Under the pieces are notes generated by a model that worked only from the letters and a program-made list of their open reading frames with translations, had not been told where the DNA came from and did not search any database. Below are positions 50,772 to 59,829 of a DNA stretch of 64,000 bases, one piece after another. Position 1 is the first letter of the stretch. Each line of letters starts with the position of its first letter. This DNA comes from Bryobacteraceae bacterium (GTDB taxonomy: Bacteria > Acidobacteriota > Terriglobia > Bryobacterales > Bryobacteraceae), in assembly GCA_052144935.1 (NCBI GenBank), contig JBKQPR010000214.1, positions 5,731 to 69,730 on the forward strand, in the 5' to 3' direction. The position numbers and the translations under genes were made by a program.

Positions 50772-52742
50772 TCAGAACTCCACGTTGCCGCCCTTCCAGG
50801 CGATCACGGTCTTACCCGCCTCCGTGCGCAGCGCGATGGCGCCGGGCGCGGGGTCGCCGGAAAGGTCCAGCACCGCGGCCATCTGCGTGGGCAATGGGCC
50901 GCGATAGGCCACCCGCAGAACCGGCGCCGGCTCCTTCGCCCCCAACGCTCGCGAGCGCCAGCCTGGCAGGCTCTCGGCGGGCGCTGTGAAGGCCAGCCGC
51001 GCGGCGTCTTCGGCTGCGCCAAGATGCCAGAATTGTTCCAGTAAGTGCTCCCCCCCGGTGCCGTCGATCGTGCCGTCCACGGTATCGAGCACGATCACAT
51101 AGCCGGGCTTCACAAACCGGATCCGCCGCCGGTGGGTGAAGCCGGCGTAAACGCAAGAGGCGTCCAGCCAGTCGGCTTCGGCGGAACTGGTCCATTCACG
51201 AATGGCCGTGGCCGGTTTTCCGTCCCAGCGGAAGGGCCCGGCCGGCAGCGCCTGGTCGCGCCCGTCAATGCGGACGGTGTTGTGGGCCGCCGAGCCGCGG
51301 TACCGGTTGCGCTCTGCTGGATCGGCCATGTAGGTGTAAGTGCCGGGATCGATCAGCACCTCGCGTGGGCCGATGCGCGCCACCAGGCTGAGCGAATCCG
51401 AATGGCTGTGGCCGGCCGATCCTTCTCCAAACGGCCCGGCCTTTACGACGATCTGCCGGTCGCCCGAGAGCATCACGGCCACGCCGGCGTCCGCAAACAG
51501 CCGCGATGATTGTGGGGCAGGCGATTCGCCTGCCAACGTTCCCACCCACCAGGCGGCCTGGCAAGCGGCTTGGTACGCGCCATCCTCCGGGCCCAGAGGG
51601 CGCCCCCCCGCCCACTCCGACCGGCCGAACAGCGCCGCGCAGGTGGCCAGCGTGGCGCGCCCAAACTGCGTCCGCTCCCCGTAAGGATGAAAGACCCGCC
51701 CGCCATCGTCATCGCCCAGATACGGCAATATCCCCGAAGGTCCCAGCAAGGCCTGCAGGTATTCCGCCATCGCTTGCAACCGCGCGTCGTACACTGCGTT
51801 GTGCCCCTCGGGCGTCTGGGCCAGCGCGCGATGCAGCAGGAAGAAATCGAGCGCGTAGACGTGATAGTAAGCCGATTGCTCGAAATGGCTGCCATCCGGC
51901 CGCACCTGCCGCTCGATCTGCTCGCGCACAATCCGTCCGCCGCTGGCCGTCCAGTGGCTGGCGCGAGGCCAGGCGGGAAACAGCGCGCCCAGAGCGTGCA
52001 AGGCCACCGCTTCGCCCAGCAAATGGGTGTTCGGAGAGAAGTAGACGGAAAGATTCCGCTCCAGAAAGCAGCCGTGGCGGTATAGTTCCGTCTGGAAGCG
52101 GCGCGCCAGCGGTTGCGGCATGAAGTCTCCGGCCAGCAGCCACAGCCACGTCCACGAGAGCGCGCGGAAGCCCACTTCCAAAGCGCTGGCCCAGTTGATG
52201 CCGCGCAGGAACGGGTTCGCATCCAGCCAGGATTCCAGTTGGCGGAAGGCCTCCTCCAGAAACGCGCGCTCGCCGGTGAAGCGGAAGGCCTGCGCCAGCA
52301 GCACAAGCTGTTGATGCCGGTTCAGCTCCCAAATCAGCTTGTGATCGCCCACGCGCGCGAAGTCCAGATACGGGGAGCGGCGGAAATAAGGCGTTCCGGA
52401 GGAAATGCCGTGCACATAATCGCGGCGCCAGTCGATTTGGTCCCCCGTTTCAATCTCGATCCCCAGCAGCGGGAAGCGGTGGCGCAGCATACCGCGGGCC
52501 AGCGCTTCCACTTCACGGGCAAAGGTGGTGCCCCGCAGACGGGCCGCGGTTTCCACGGGATCGGGGAACGTGGCGCAGGCACTCATGCCGACGCCTGGCT
52601 TCGCGAACTGGTGTCGAGACGAGTCTCGACACGGCAGGCTGAGAGCCTGCGCCACATCGCCTAACGCGGGAGGATGGGCCAGCATGGCCAGGTTGGCGGC
52701 CTCTTGGCGGATGCGGAACCAGATTTCGCGGCGGCTACGCAC
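50772..52742 (-). CDS. Heparinase II/III-family protein (alginate-lyase-like N-domain)
   Basis: HKLIWELNRHQQLVLLAQAF, NWASALEVGFRALSW, HSHSDSLS and AAHNTVRIDG segments are typical of the family. Confidence 0.85.
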   Translation of the reverse strand: MRSRREIWFRIRQEAANLAMLAHPPALGDVAQALSLPCRDSSRHQFAKPGVGMSACATFPDPVETAARLRGTTFAREVEALARGMLRHRFPLLGIEIETGDQIDWRRDYVHGISSGTPYFRRSPYLDFARVGDHKLIWELNRHQQLVLLAQAFRFTGERAFLEEAFRQLESWLDANPFLRGINWASALEVGFRALSWTWLWLLAGDFMPQPLARRFQTELYRHGCFLERNLSVYFSPNTHLLGEAVALHALGALFPAWPRASHWTASGGRIVREQIERQVRPDGSHFEQSAYYHVYALDFFLLHRALAQTPEGHNAVYDARLQAMAEYLQALLGPSGILPYLGDDDGGRVFHPYGERTQFGRATLATCAALFGRSEWAGGRPLGPEDGAYQAACQAAWWVGTLAGESPAPQSSRLFADAGVAVMLSGDRQIVVKAGPFGEGSAGHSHSDSLSLVARIGPREVLIDPGTYTYMADPAERNRYRGSAAHNTVRIDGRDQALPAGPFRWDGKPATAIREWTSSAEADWLDASCVYAGFTHRRRIRFVKPGYVIVLDTVDGTIDGTGGEHLLEQFWHLGAAEDAARLAFTAPAESLPGWRSRALGAKEPAPVLRVAYRGPLPTQMAAVLDLSGDPAPGAIALRTEAGKTVIAWKGGNVEF

Positions 52743-54312
52743 GGCTGAGATGGAAAAAGGGGCCGATCACCGGAAGGCGCGAGAGCAGCACGCTGCGGTG
52801 GGACGGCGTCACGCAAATGAACAGGGCAAGCCCGCCATAAGCCAGGCTGGTCACACACCCAGCCGCGACTAATTGGGCCCATGTGTTGCCGGGAAGCCAG
52901 CTCGACCGCAGGGCCCAGGCCAGCGCCACTGCCGGCGCCCCGGCCACGAGCGGCCGCACATAAATCCGGCGCATATACGCAATGAAAGAATAGTTCAGCG
53001 CGCGGCAGACCAGCCAAGGCGTGTAGATGCCACGCACCGCGATCATCAAGGTGGCCGACACCCAGGCCGCTCCCAAAATGCCATAGCGTGGCACCACCCA
53101 CACCAGCGCCGCCATGTACAGCACCGCCTCCACCACCAACCCGCGGGCGTAGCCGCCGTGGCGCCCCACGCCGTAGAGCAGCGAACTGGAGCTGAACTGG
53201 GCCGCCAGCACCAGCGAATAGGAGAGAAGAAAGATCGGCAGGAGCGGAGCGCTGGCAGCCGCCATCGCCGCATTATGCACCCAGCGGATCAACAGGGGAT
53301 GCCCGTAGACCAGCAGGAACACCGCCAGCGGCATAAACAGCGTCAGCGAGTAGCGGTTGGCATAGACGCCCAGCGAGATGGTGGCTTCGCGTTTGGATTT
53401 GGCGGTGAGCTCGGCCGCGCTGGACCGCGTCACCATGCCGATGCGCGAGACGATGTCGGCAGCCTGCTGCAGCATCCGCGAAGGCAGACCGAAATAGCCT
53501 ACCGCCGCCTCTCCCAGGTAGTGGCCCACCGTCAACGTGCCGCTCTGCGAGAGCGCCAGGGTGGAGCCGCTCGCCACGAAGGATTTCAGCCCATACCGCA
53601 GAATGTCGCCGAACATCGTCCGGTTGACATACTGAGGGCCCAGCCGCAGTTGCGGAAACACGCGCCGGAAATTCATGAAATTCAACCCGTAACCCAGAAG
53701 CTGCGCGGCGATGTAGATTTCGGCCATCGGCAATAGTCCGTAACCGAGTTGGAGCACAATGAAATAACCCGCCGAGCGCAGCGCCACCTGCAGCACCATA
53801 ACCCGGCTGGTCAGATCGAAGCGCTGAAAACCATCCAGCGCCGACAGAAACAGGTGCAGCATCATCTGCAGGCCCCAACTGAGGCCCGTGATCAGAATCA
53901 GGGTGCTGAACTCGTGCCGGTCGGCTTCCGCCACCTTGAAGAACCGCGCGGCGCGAATGGCCAGTATGGGCGCGGTCACCCAGATGGCCACGGCGATCAT
54001 GCTGAAGTAGAACAACGCGGTGTTGATAACCTGGTTGATCTTTTCGTGGTCTTTCACGGCCAGAAAGCGGGCGCAAAAATTGGCGATGGCGGGTTGAAAA
54101 CCGAGATCGAAAAACCAGAAGTAATCCAGGATGGAGAACACTTGCAGCCAGATCCCGTAGTGCTCCGGGCCCAGCTTGCGAATCACGATGGGGGTGATGA
54201 CGAAGCCCGTGAAGAAGCTGGCCGCCACGCCGGTCCAGGACCACAGGACGTTGAGGATAAACCGTTCGCCGTGCGCGCGCACGGCCTGAGATGCGACGGA
54301 GGGTTGAGCCAT
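52735..54312 (-). CDS. wzx: Wzx-type polysaccharide/oligosaccharide flippase (MOP superfamily)
   Basis: About 12-14 TM segments, with the N-terminus NVLWSWTGVAASFFTGFVITPIVIRKLGPEHYGIW typical of polysaccharide-biosynthesis flippases. Confidence 0.8.
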   Translation of the reverse strand: MAQPSVASQAVRAHGERFILNVLWSWTGVAASFFTGFVITPIVIRKLGPEHYGIWLQVFSILDYFWFFDLGFQPAIANFCARFLAVKDHEKINQVINTALFYFSMIAVAIWVTAPILAIRAARFFKVAEADRHEFSTLILITGLSWGLQMMLHLFLSALDGFQRFDLTSRVMVLQVALRSAGYFIVLQLGYGLLPMAEIYIAAQLLGYGLNFMNFRRVFPQLRLGPQYVNRTMFGDILRYGLKSFVASGSTLALSQSGTLTVGHYLGEAAVGYFGLPSRMLQQAADIVSRIGMVTRSSAAELTAKSKREATISLGVYANRYSLTLFMPLAVFLLVYGHPLLIRWVHNAAMAAASAPLLPIFLLSYSLVLAAQFSSSSLLYGVGRHGGYARGLVVEAVLYMAALVWVVPRYGILGAAWVSATLMIAVRGIYTPWLVCRALNYSFIAYMRRIYVRPLVAGAPAVALAWALRSSWLPGNTWAQLVAAGCVTSLAYGGLALFICVTPSHRSVLLSRLPVIGPFFHLSRA

Positions 54313-54351
54313 TCAGGTCCCGATCGGCGGTCGCTTGCTGGCGGAGATCCT

Positions 54352-55455
54352 TTACCTCCCAGCCAACTCAGTGAGGGACAGCATCTGTTTTTCGGCCGGT
54401 GTGCATCGTTGATGCAGACAGCAGCCTTCTTTCCACCATTGCGGGCGGTTCTCCCAGATCGTGCGAATCGGCGTGGCGCGGATATTGCCCACCGGCGGCA
54501 TCCCGTAGCAGGTGAGCACGTCGCCATTCGGCTGTATCTGGATGGAGCTGAGGGCCGCGCAGACCGGCTTCGGTTCGTGCGCAGCATGGGACTGTATGGA
54601 GACGCGCGAGGCATCCGGGTTGCGGAAGTACGGAATCATGGCCTCCAGTTGGTGATAACCATTGCCCACCGGCAGCCCCTGGCGCTTCAACCCGATTAAC
54701 TCGTTGACCGCTTCGACGGCCCGCTCGGTATGGCGCGGCCAGTTGTCGCTGTGATCGAACCAGCGCGGATCTTCCGGCGTGTTGTAGTTCTGTTCGATGG
54801 CCTGGTAAAAAACATCCATCCGTTGGTGCCGGCTGGCGAAGCGCGCCACTCCCGCGACTTCTTCCAGATTGTGGGACATGACTACCGTCTTCAGCCGGAT
54901 GAGAAATGTGAGGCGCTTCTCCTTCCGCAGTTTGAGCAGCGTCTGAATGGTGGTGTGAGTCTTTTCCCAGAATTTCTCGCGGCCCCGCACTTTGTCGTGC
55001 GTGGCGCTGGCGGCATCCACCGAAACCGTCACGCGCCACGGGTTGGCCAGCGCCACGCGCTCGATGCGCGACTGGTCGTCCCAGTATCCGTGCGTCAGTA
55101 TCTCCATCAACAATCCGGCGGAAGCGCCATGCGCCAGCGCGTCCGGTGTGTAAGGACGAAGCAATGCTTCGCCTCCGCTTAAGAAGACGTGCACGGGTCC
55201 CAACCAGGAGCGCAGATCGGATAAGACGCGCTTGTAATCGTCCAGAGTGGGGAGGTCTTCCTTGCCGCGATTCTTCCAGATGTCGCAATGCACGCACTTG
55301 GCATTGCACAGGTTGGTCATCATGAACCCGATATCGGTCGGCCGGCAGTGGTCGTTCCAGCGCCCGCCGGCAAATGTCCGGAGCCGGTAATGAAGCGCCG
55401 TGTAAGCGTTCTTATACAGCTCTCGGGCCGAATTGGCAGCCCCGGGTTGCATCAA
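54352..55455 (-). CDS. Radical SAM enzyme with C-terminal SPASM/twitch-like Cys cluster
   Basis: CNAKCVHC (CxxxCxxC) and GGEALL. The C-terminal cysteines are CAALSSIQIQPNGDVLTCYG...EGCCLHQRC. Confidence 0.85.
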   Translation of the reverse strand: MMQPGAANSARELYKNAYTALHYRLRTFAGGRWNDHCRPTDIGFMMTNLCNAKCVHCDIWKNRGKEDLPTLDDYKRVLSDLRSWLGPVHVFLSGGEALLRPYTPDALAHGASAGLLMEILTHGYWDDQSRIERVALANPWRVTVSVDAASATHDKVRGREKFWEKTHTTIQTLLKLRKEKRLTFLIRLKTVVMSHNLEEVAGVARFASRHQRMDVFYQAIEQNYNTPEDPRWFDHSDNWPRHTERAVEAVNELIGLKRQGLPVGNGYHQLEAMIPYFRNPDASRVSIQSHAAHEPKPVCAALSSIQIQPNGDVLTCYGMPPVGNIRATPIRTIWENRPQWWKEGCCLHQRCTPAEKQMLSLTELAGR

Positions 55456-55754
55456 CGTCCTATCTCCCTCCGTATAGCGTAAATTACAGAAAACTCAAGT
55501 CTTCCAAGATTATCGTGAAATGCCGGGACATTGCAAGTTCAAGTACTGCTACGGTTAGTTCTCAGGGTGTGATCGGATACGCCGCCGCCGTGCAGCCGGA
55601 ATGGAAAGTTGCCACTCCGCCGCCCGCGCCCGGGGTGGGCCGCGCCGGCGGAGGGTGGGTGCGCCGGGTGGCCGGGTGGGCTGGGTGGTATCCCAAAGAT
55701 CGCGGAAGCCAAAGAGGCTATCATAGAAAGTCGTATCGCGCCTCGCTTTCCAAC

Positions 55755-56819
55755 ATGCCCTCGGGACTTGTGCTCACCGCTCCGGAAGACCTGCCCGAAT
55801 TGACGGAATTCCTCCTCGGCGTCTTCCACTTGTCCTCCGATGCCCCCTTCGTACGGCCTGAGATGATCGAGTGGAAGTACTTCTCGCCGCGGCCGGATTG
55901 GACCGGCTCGCGCAGCTATGTGATGCGGAGCGAAGGCCGGATCTTAGCGCATGGCTGTGTGGTACCGGTCACCTTTCGCCCGCGGGCGGCCGCGCAGGGA
56001 CCCCCCGGCCTGGTAACCGGCATGCGCGTCATCGATTGGGCCGGCGGACGCCAGGCGCCGGCTGCGGGCGTGCGGATCATGCGCGAGCTGGCGGGACTTA
56101 CCGACACCGTGCTGGCCATAGGCGGATCGCCCGATGCCGTAAGGGTCTTCCCTATGATGGGCTTCCAGCATTGCGGCAATGCCGAGGTCTTCGCCCGCGT
56201 AGTGCGTCCCTGGCGGCAGTTCCGGTCCGACCCCTACCCCCGCGGCTGGAAGGCCCCGCTGCGTTTGGCGCGCAGCACGCTGTTCAGCCTGACTCCGTTA
56301 CCCGCCGCTCCGGCGGGATGGACTCGCCAGGCGGTGACGGCTTTCGACCAGTCCATCTGTTCCGCGCTCGAATTCGATGCCGCCAGCTTCACCACCACCG
56401 CCCGCAGCCCGGCCCTGCTCAATTACATGCTGGGTTGCCCCGGCGCCGCGTTTTCCGGCTTCCTGCTCCGCCAGGGAGATGGCGTCCGCGGCTATTTCCT
56501 GCTGAGCCATGTGGCCGGCCAGACCCGCATCGCCGAAGTACGCGTGGATTCCGAGCGTACCGAAGATTGGCAAGCCGCCTTCGCCCTGGCCACCCGGCAG
56601 GCGGCGGCCGATCCGGCCACCTGCGAGATACTGGCCGTCGCTTCCATCCGGCAAGGCATCGAATCCCTCCGCCGCAACGGCTATCGCCTCTGCCGCCACG
56701 ACCCGATTTTCCTCCTCGATCCCGGACGCCGGCTGGCAGGCGTTCCCGATTTGAACCTGGATCTGCTGGTGGGCGACGAGGCTTACATACACGTGCCCAG
56801 TTATCCATTCGAGATGTAG
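55755..56819 (+). CDS. Two-domain GNAT-like acyltransferase (putative)
   Basis: The internal ATG at 55755 of ORF 55374..56819 gives 354 aa, with an architecture similar to 37531..38598. Tentative. Confidence 0.5.
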   Translation: MPSGLVLTAPEDLPELTEFLLGVFHLSSDAPFVRPEMIEWKYFSPRPDWTGSRSYVMRSEGRILAHGCVVPVTFRPRAAAQGPPGLVTGMRVIDWAGGRQAPAAGVRIMRELAGLTDTVLAIGGSPDAVRVFPMMGFQHCGNAEVFARVVRPWRQFRSDPYPRGWKAPLRLARSTLFSLTPLPAAPAGWTRQAVTAFDQSICSALEFDAASFTTTARSPALLNYMLGCPGAAFSGFLLRQGDGVRGYFLLSHVAGQTRIAEVRVDSERTEDWQAAFALATRQAAADPATCEILAVASIRQGIESLRRNGYRLCRHDPIFLLDPGRRLAGVPDLNLDLLVGDEAYIHVPSYPFEM

Positions 56820-56821
56820 CC

Positions 56822-57955
56822 TTGCCTGACACCAAGACATTAGTTTCCGTCCTCGGCTTCGAACCATTCCGCGTGGGAGGCGGAGAAGCGCTGGCGCGCG
56901 AAGTCTCCGTGCAACTGGCCGCCCGGGGCTGGAAGAACGTTCTGTGTTTCCTGTCGCCGCCTACCGATCCCGTGCGCGAGTATCTGAACCTCCCCAACGT
57001 GTCTATCGAAGTCCTGCCGGACTCCTGGAAACTGGCGTGGAAACCGGCCCGCGGATTGGCGCGCATTCTGGCCCGCTACCGCCCGGAAATCCTGCACCTC
57101 CAATTTACCGGCTTCATCAGCCCGTATCCCTGGCTGGCGAAGTTCTTCGGCGTGAAAAAGGTCTTCTTCACCGACCAGTCTTCGCGGCCGGAAGGCTATG
57201 TGACTCCGCGCGCCGCCCTATGGCGCCGTATCGGCACCCGTGTAGCCAACTACCCGCTCGACCGCGTGGTTTGCATCAGCGATTATGTGCGCGATTCCTG
57301 GGTGACCTTCGACGTCCTTCCGGCCAGCCGTTTCGTTCGCATCTACAACAGCGTGGACGCTTCCCGCTGCTCCTCGGATGGCTCGGCGCTGCGCCGCCAA
57401 TACGGCATACCGGAAGACCGCCAGGTGGTTCTGCAGGTAAGTTGGGTAATCCCCGAAAAGGGTTTCGACGATCTGCTGGCCGCGGCGCGCCTGGTGGTGG
57501 ATCAAAACCCGGCCGTGCATTTCCTGATGGCGGGGGAAGGCGCGGACCGTCCGCGTCTGATGGCGGAAACCGTCAAGGCGGGTTTACAAGACCACGTCAC
57601 CTGGACTGGCATCGTGGCAAAGCCGGTCGAGAACGGTCTGTACGCCACTGCCGACGTGGTCTGCCAGGTTTCCCGATGGGAGGAGGCTTTCGGCTACGTG
57701 ATCGCGGAAGCGCTGGCCAGTGGGCGGCCCGTAATCGGCAGCCGCGTAGGCGCCATCCCGGAACTGGTCCGGCACGGCAAAACCGGCTTCCTGGTGGAGC
57801 GCCGCAACCCCGCCGAACTCGCCGCCCGTATCCTGGAACTGCTTCGCGACCCCCAACTCCGCCGCAAGCTGGGAGAAGCTGGCCGCCGCCTCGCGCTGGA
57901 GGAGTTTGATCAGCAGACCAACGTCGCCCGCCTGATGCAGCTCTACGGGATCTGA
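56822..57955 (+). CDS. GT4-family glycosyltransferase
   Basis: A TTG at 56822 is the only plausible start before the conserved N-terminus (LVSVLGFEPFRVGGGE). The C-terminal part has EEAFGYVIAEALASGRPVIGSRVGAIPELV. The long upstream extension of ORF 55871..57955 is a shadow frame over the GNAT gene. Confidence 0.8.
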   Translation: MPDTKTLVSVLGFEPFRVGGGEALAREVSVQLAARGWKNVLCFLSPPTDPVREYLNLPNVSIEVLPDSWKLAWKPARGLARILARYRPEILHLQFTGFISPYPWLAKFFGVKKVFFTDQSSRPEGYVTPRAALWRRIGTRVANYPLDRVVCISDYVRDSWVTFDVLPASRFVRIYNSVDASRCSSDGSALRRQYGIPEDRQVVLQVSWVIPEKGFDDLLAAARLVVDQNPAVHFLMAGEGADRPRLMAETVKAGLQDHVTWTGIVAKPVENGLYATADVVCQVSRWEEAFGYVIAEALASGRPVIGSRVGAIPELVRHGKTGFLVERRNPAELAARILELLRDPQLRRKLGEAGRRLALEEFDQQTNVARLMQLYGI

Positions 57956-58112
57956 GCGGGGCATTGTTGACACGGTGGTTGACTCGTTGGTTTCCGCTGC
58001 GCTCCAATCGTGCGTTTGCGAGCGGCTGGGTTCTTGCATGTCTGAAGTTCAATCCATCGCGCTCGGGCTGGCGGCTTCGGGATACCTGGCTTGGAATCTC
58101 CACAAACCGGTT

Positions 58113-59159
58113 CTATGTGTTGCGGGAAGCCAGCAGTTCCCGATAAAACTCCACCACCGCGCGAAGGTTTTCCTGCCCGTCGCCGGTCACCGGGGCCCGC
58201 TCTCTGGGGGCGGCCAGCACTTCGAACACGGCATCCCGCAGCCCGATGCGGTCCGAAATGGGAATCAGGCGCACGCCCGGAGGCCGCATTCCGTTATCGG
58301 TGGCGATCACCGGTGTTCCCAGGTAAAGCGCTTCGCGAACCGAGACCGAATCGCCATCATAAAGCGTGGTGCGCAGCAGGACATCGCACCGCAGCATGGC
58401 CCCGAGCGTGGCAGTCCGCGGCAGGTCGCCATAGAGCAGGACATGGTCGGCGTAAGGCTTGGAGGCGATCTTGTGGCGCAATTCTTCTTCCAGGCTGCCG
58501 GCGCCCGCGATCACCAGCCCGGCATCCGGGAAGCGCTGAAGAATATCCTCCAGCGTGTCGATCTGCAGGGGCAGATCGTATTCCGGCTCGAGCAGCCCCA
58601 CGGTCAGCAGCAGCGGCGCGTGTTTTGCCATAAAACTCTGCAGGTTCTCCGGTAGGGGATCGGAACGTTGGGGCGGCGTCATCGCAAAAGGAAGAATCGT
58701 GCGGATTCGCTCCGGGCGCACGCCGAATTCACGGAACACAGCGGCGATCTCGGCGTTCACGGCGATCAGGCCATCGAGCCTGCGGAAGACGAAACCGCGC
58801 AAAGTCCAGCGGCCCGCCGTTTGCCCGGCGGGCGAGGAAGGATATCCCCCGGAATGAAAGGTGAGCACCGTCTTACGGCCCGGCAGGAGCGTACACAGAA
58901 GCGCCAGCCCGAGAAGCCGCGGCGAGAGATCGCCGCCCACGTGAAGATGCAGGATATCGACGCGCAGGCGCAGCAGGAGCCGCGCTAACTCGAGCGCGCC
59001 GGAGGGGTAATAGACTCCCGGCGTCTCGCCGCGAAAGCGCGTCAAGTTAACGGCTACCGAGGAGTGCCCGCAGCCCTCGAGATATTGATGGATCGCTACC
59101 AGGTTGGTCTGCACGCCCCCGTGAGGAGGCGGATAAGGCCCAAGTTGTGCCACTTTCAT
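58113..59159 (-). CDS. GT4-family glycosyltransferase
   Basis: The internal ATG at 59159 gives MKVAQLGPYPPPHGGVQTN. The C-terminal part has REALYLGTPVIATDNG. Confidence 0.8.
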   Translation of the reverse strand: MKVAQLGPYPPPHGGVQTNLVAIHQYLEGCGHSSVAVNLTRFRGETPGVYYPSGALELARLLLRLRVDILHLHVGGDLSPRLLGLALLCTLLPGRKTVLTFHSGGYPSSPAGQTAGRWTLRGFVFRRLDGLIAVNAEIAAVFREFGVRPERIRTILPFAMTPPQRSDPLPENLQSFMAKHAPLLLTVGLLEPEYDLPLQIDTLEDILQRFPDAGLVIAGAGSLEEELRHKIASKPYADHVLLYGDLPRTATLGAMLRCDVLLRTTLYDGDSVSVREALYLGTPVIATDNGMRPPGVRLIPISDRIGLRDAVFEVLAAPRERAPVTGDGQENLRAVVEFYRELLASRNT

Positions 59160-59424
59160 CGCAATGGGAGAGTCACTGCTTAGTATGCCGTAACGGTTTG
59201 AAGTCCGTGAAGGGGGCGCCCCCCCGGTCCCGCCCAGAGGCGCGCCCGGCCACCGCCAGCGAGATGCCACAAACGGAATATGGGCCGCGATCATGCCCGA
59301 CGCCCGTTCCACACAGGCGAACAATCCAGCCGCCGCGTGAGGCATGAGAACGGCCGGCGATGCCGCGCGGCCAGTTCACCCCAAGTGCGCCCGGCAATCC
59401 AGCGCTTGCAAAGCTATGCCAGGG

Positions 59425-59444
59425 CTAGCTAGCTAGCTAGCTAG
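59425..59444. repeat. (CTAG)5 tetranucleotide microsatellite
   Basis: GCTAGCTAGCTAGCTAGCTAGT read directly from the sequence. It lies in the divergent intergenic region between the GT4 gene (start 59159) and asnB (start 59830). Confidence 0.95.
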
Positions 59445-59829
59445 TCTGGCGAGGCCCGTCAGAACGGGGCGAAGATAGATGGCGCGCAGACAGGCCCCGT
59501 GGAAACACTCAGGCTTCGGCACGGCTGGTAAGGCGTATCGATATCGATGCCCCGTACCAACAGAATGAGGCGCCGGCTACCCACGCCGCGCGACACGGCG
59601 ACTACCGCGTCTTGCAGAATGTGCGAGGGCTGGCGAGGAAGCCCACAAACCCGGCCGGCAGAAAACCGTCCAGCGCCGGGAGGAAGATGCTATCGCGCTG
59701 GATGAGGAGGGCGGTGAATCCGATTGCCTTTATCCGATTCCATGTTGGCGCCACGACGCTTCGCGCTCTAATCCTTGGGATGCTACAGTGCATTTATGGC
59801 GATGGCCATCGCGCCGCGCCACCTGGCTT

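Noticed and set aside
55520-55558. 12-codon ORF MPGHCKFKYCYG in the divergent intergenic region next to the radical SAM/SPASM gene, considered as a RiPP precursor.
   Set aside because: It is on the opposite strand from the enzyme gene, has no SD and no leader-like length, and could easily arise by chance. There is not enough support.
55871-56821. The upstream 300+ codons of ORF 55871-57955, and likewise the N-terminal extensions of ORFs 179-2047, 3072-3791, 9860-10717, 12895-13884, 29863-31278 and 61383-63209.
   Set aside because: The extensions overlap well-supported genes in another frame and are compositionally biased. The family-like sequence begins at internal start codons, which were used instead.
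59537-59548. 12-bp palindrome ATCGATATCGAT (ClaI-EcoRV-ClaI-like) about 100 bp from the (CTAG)5 repeat, considered as evidence of engineered DNA.
   Set aside because: A single short AT-containing palindrome is within chance expectation for 64 kb. No vector-like sequence surrounds it.
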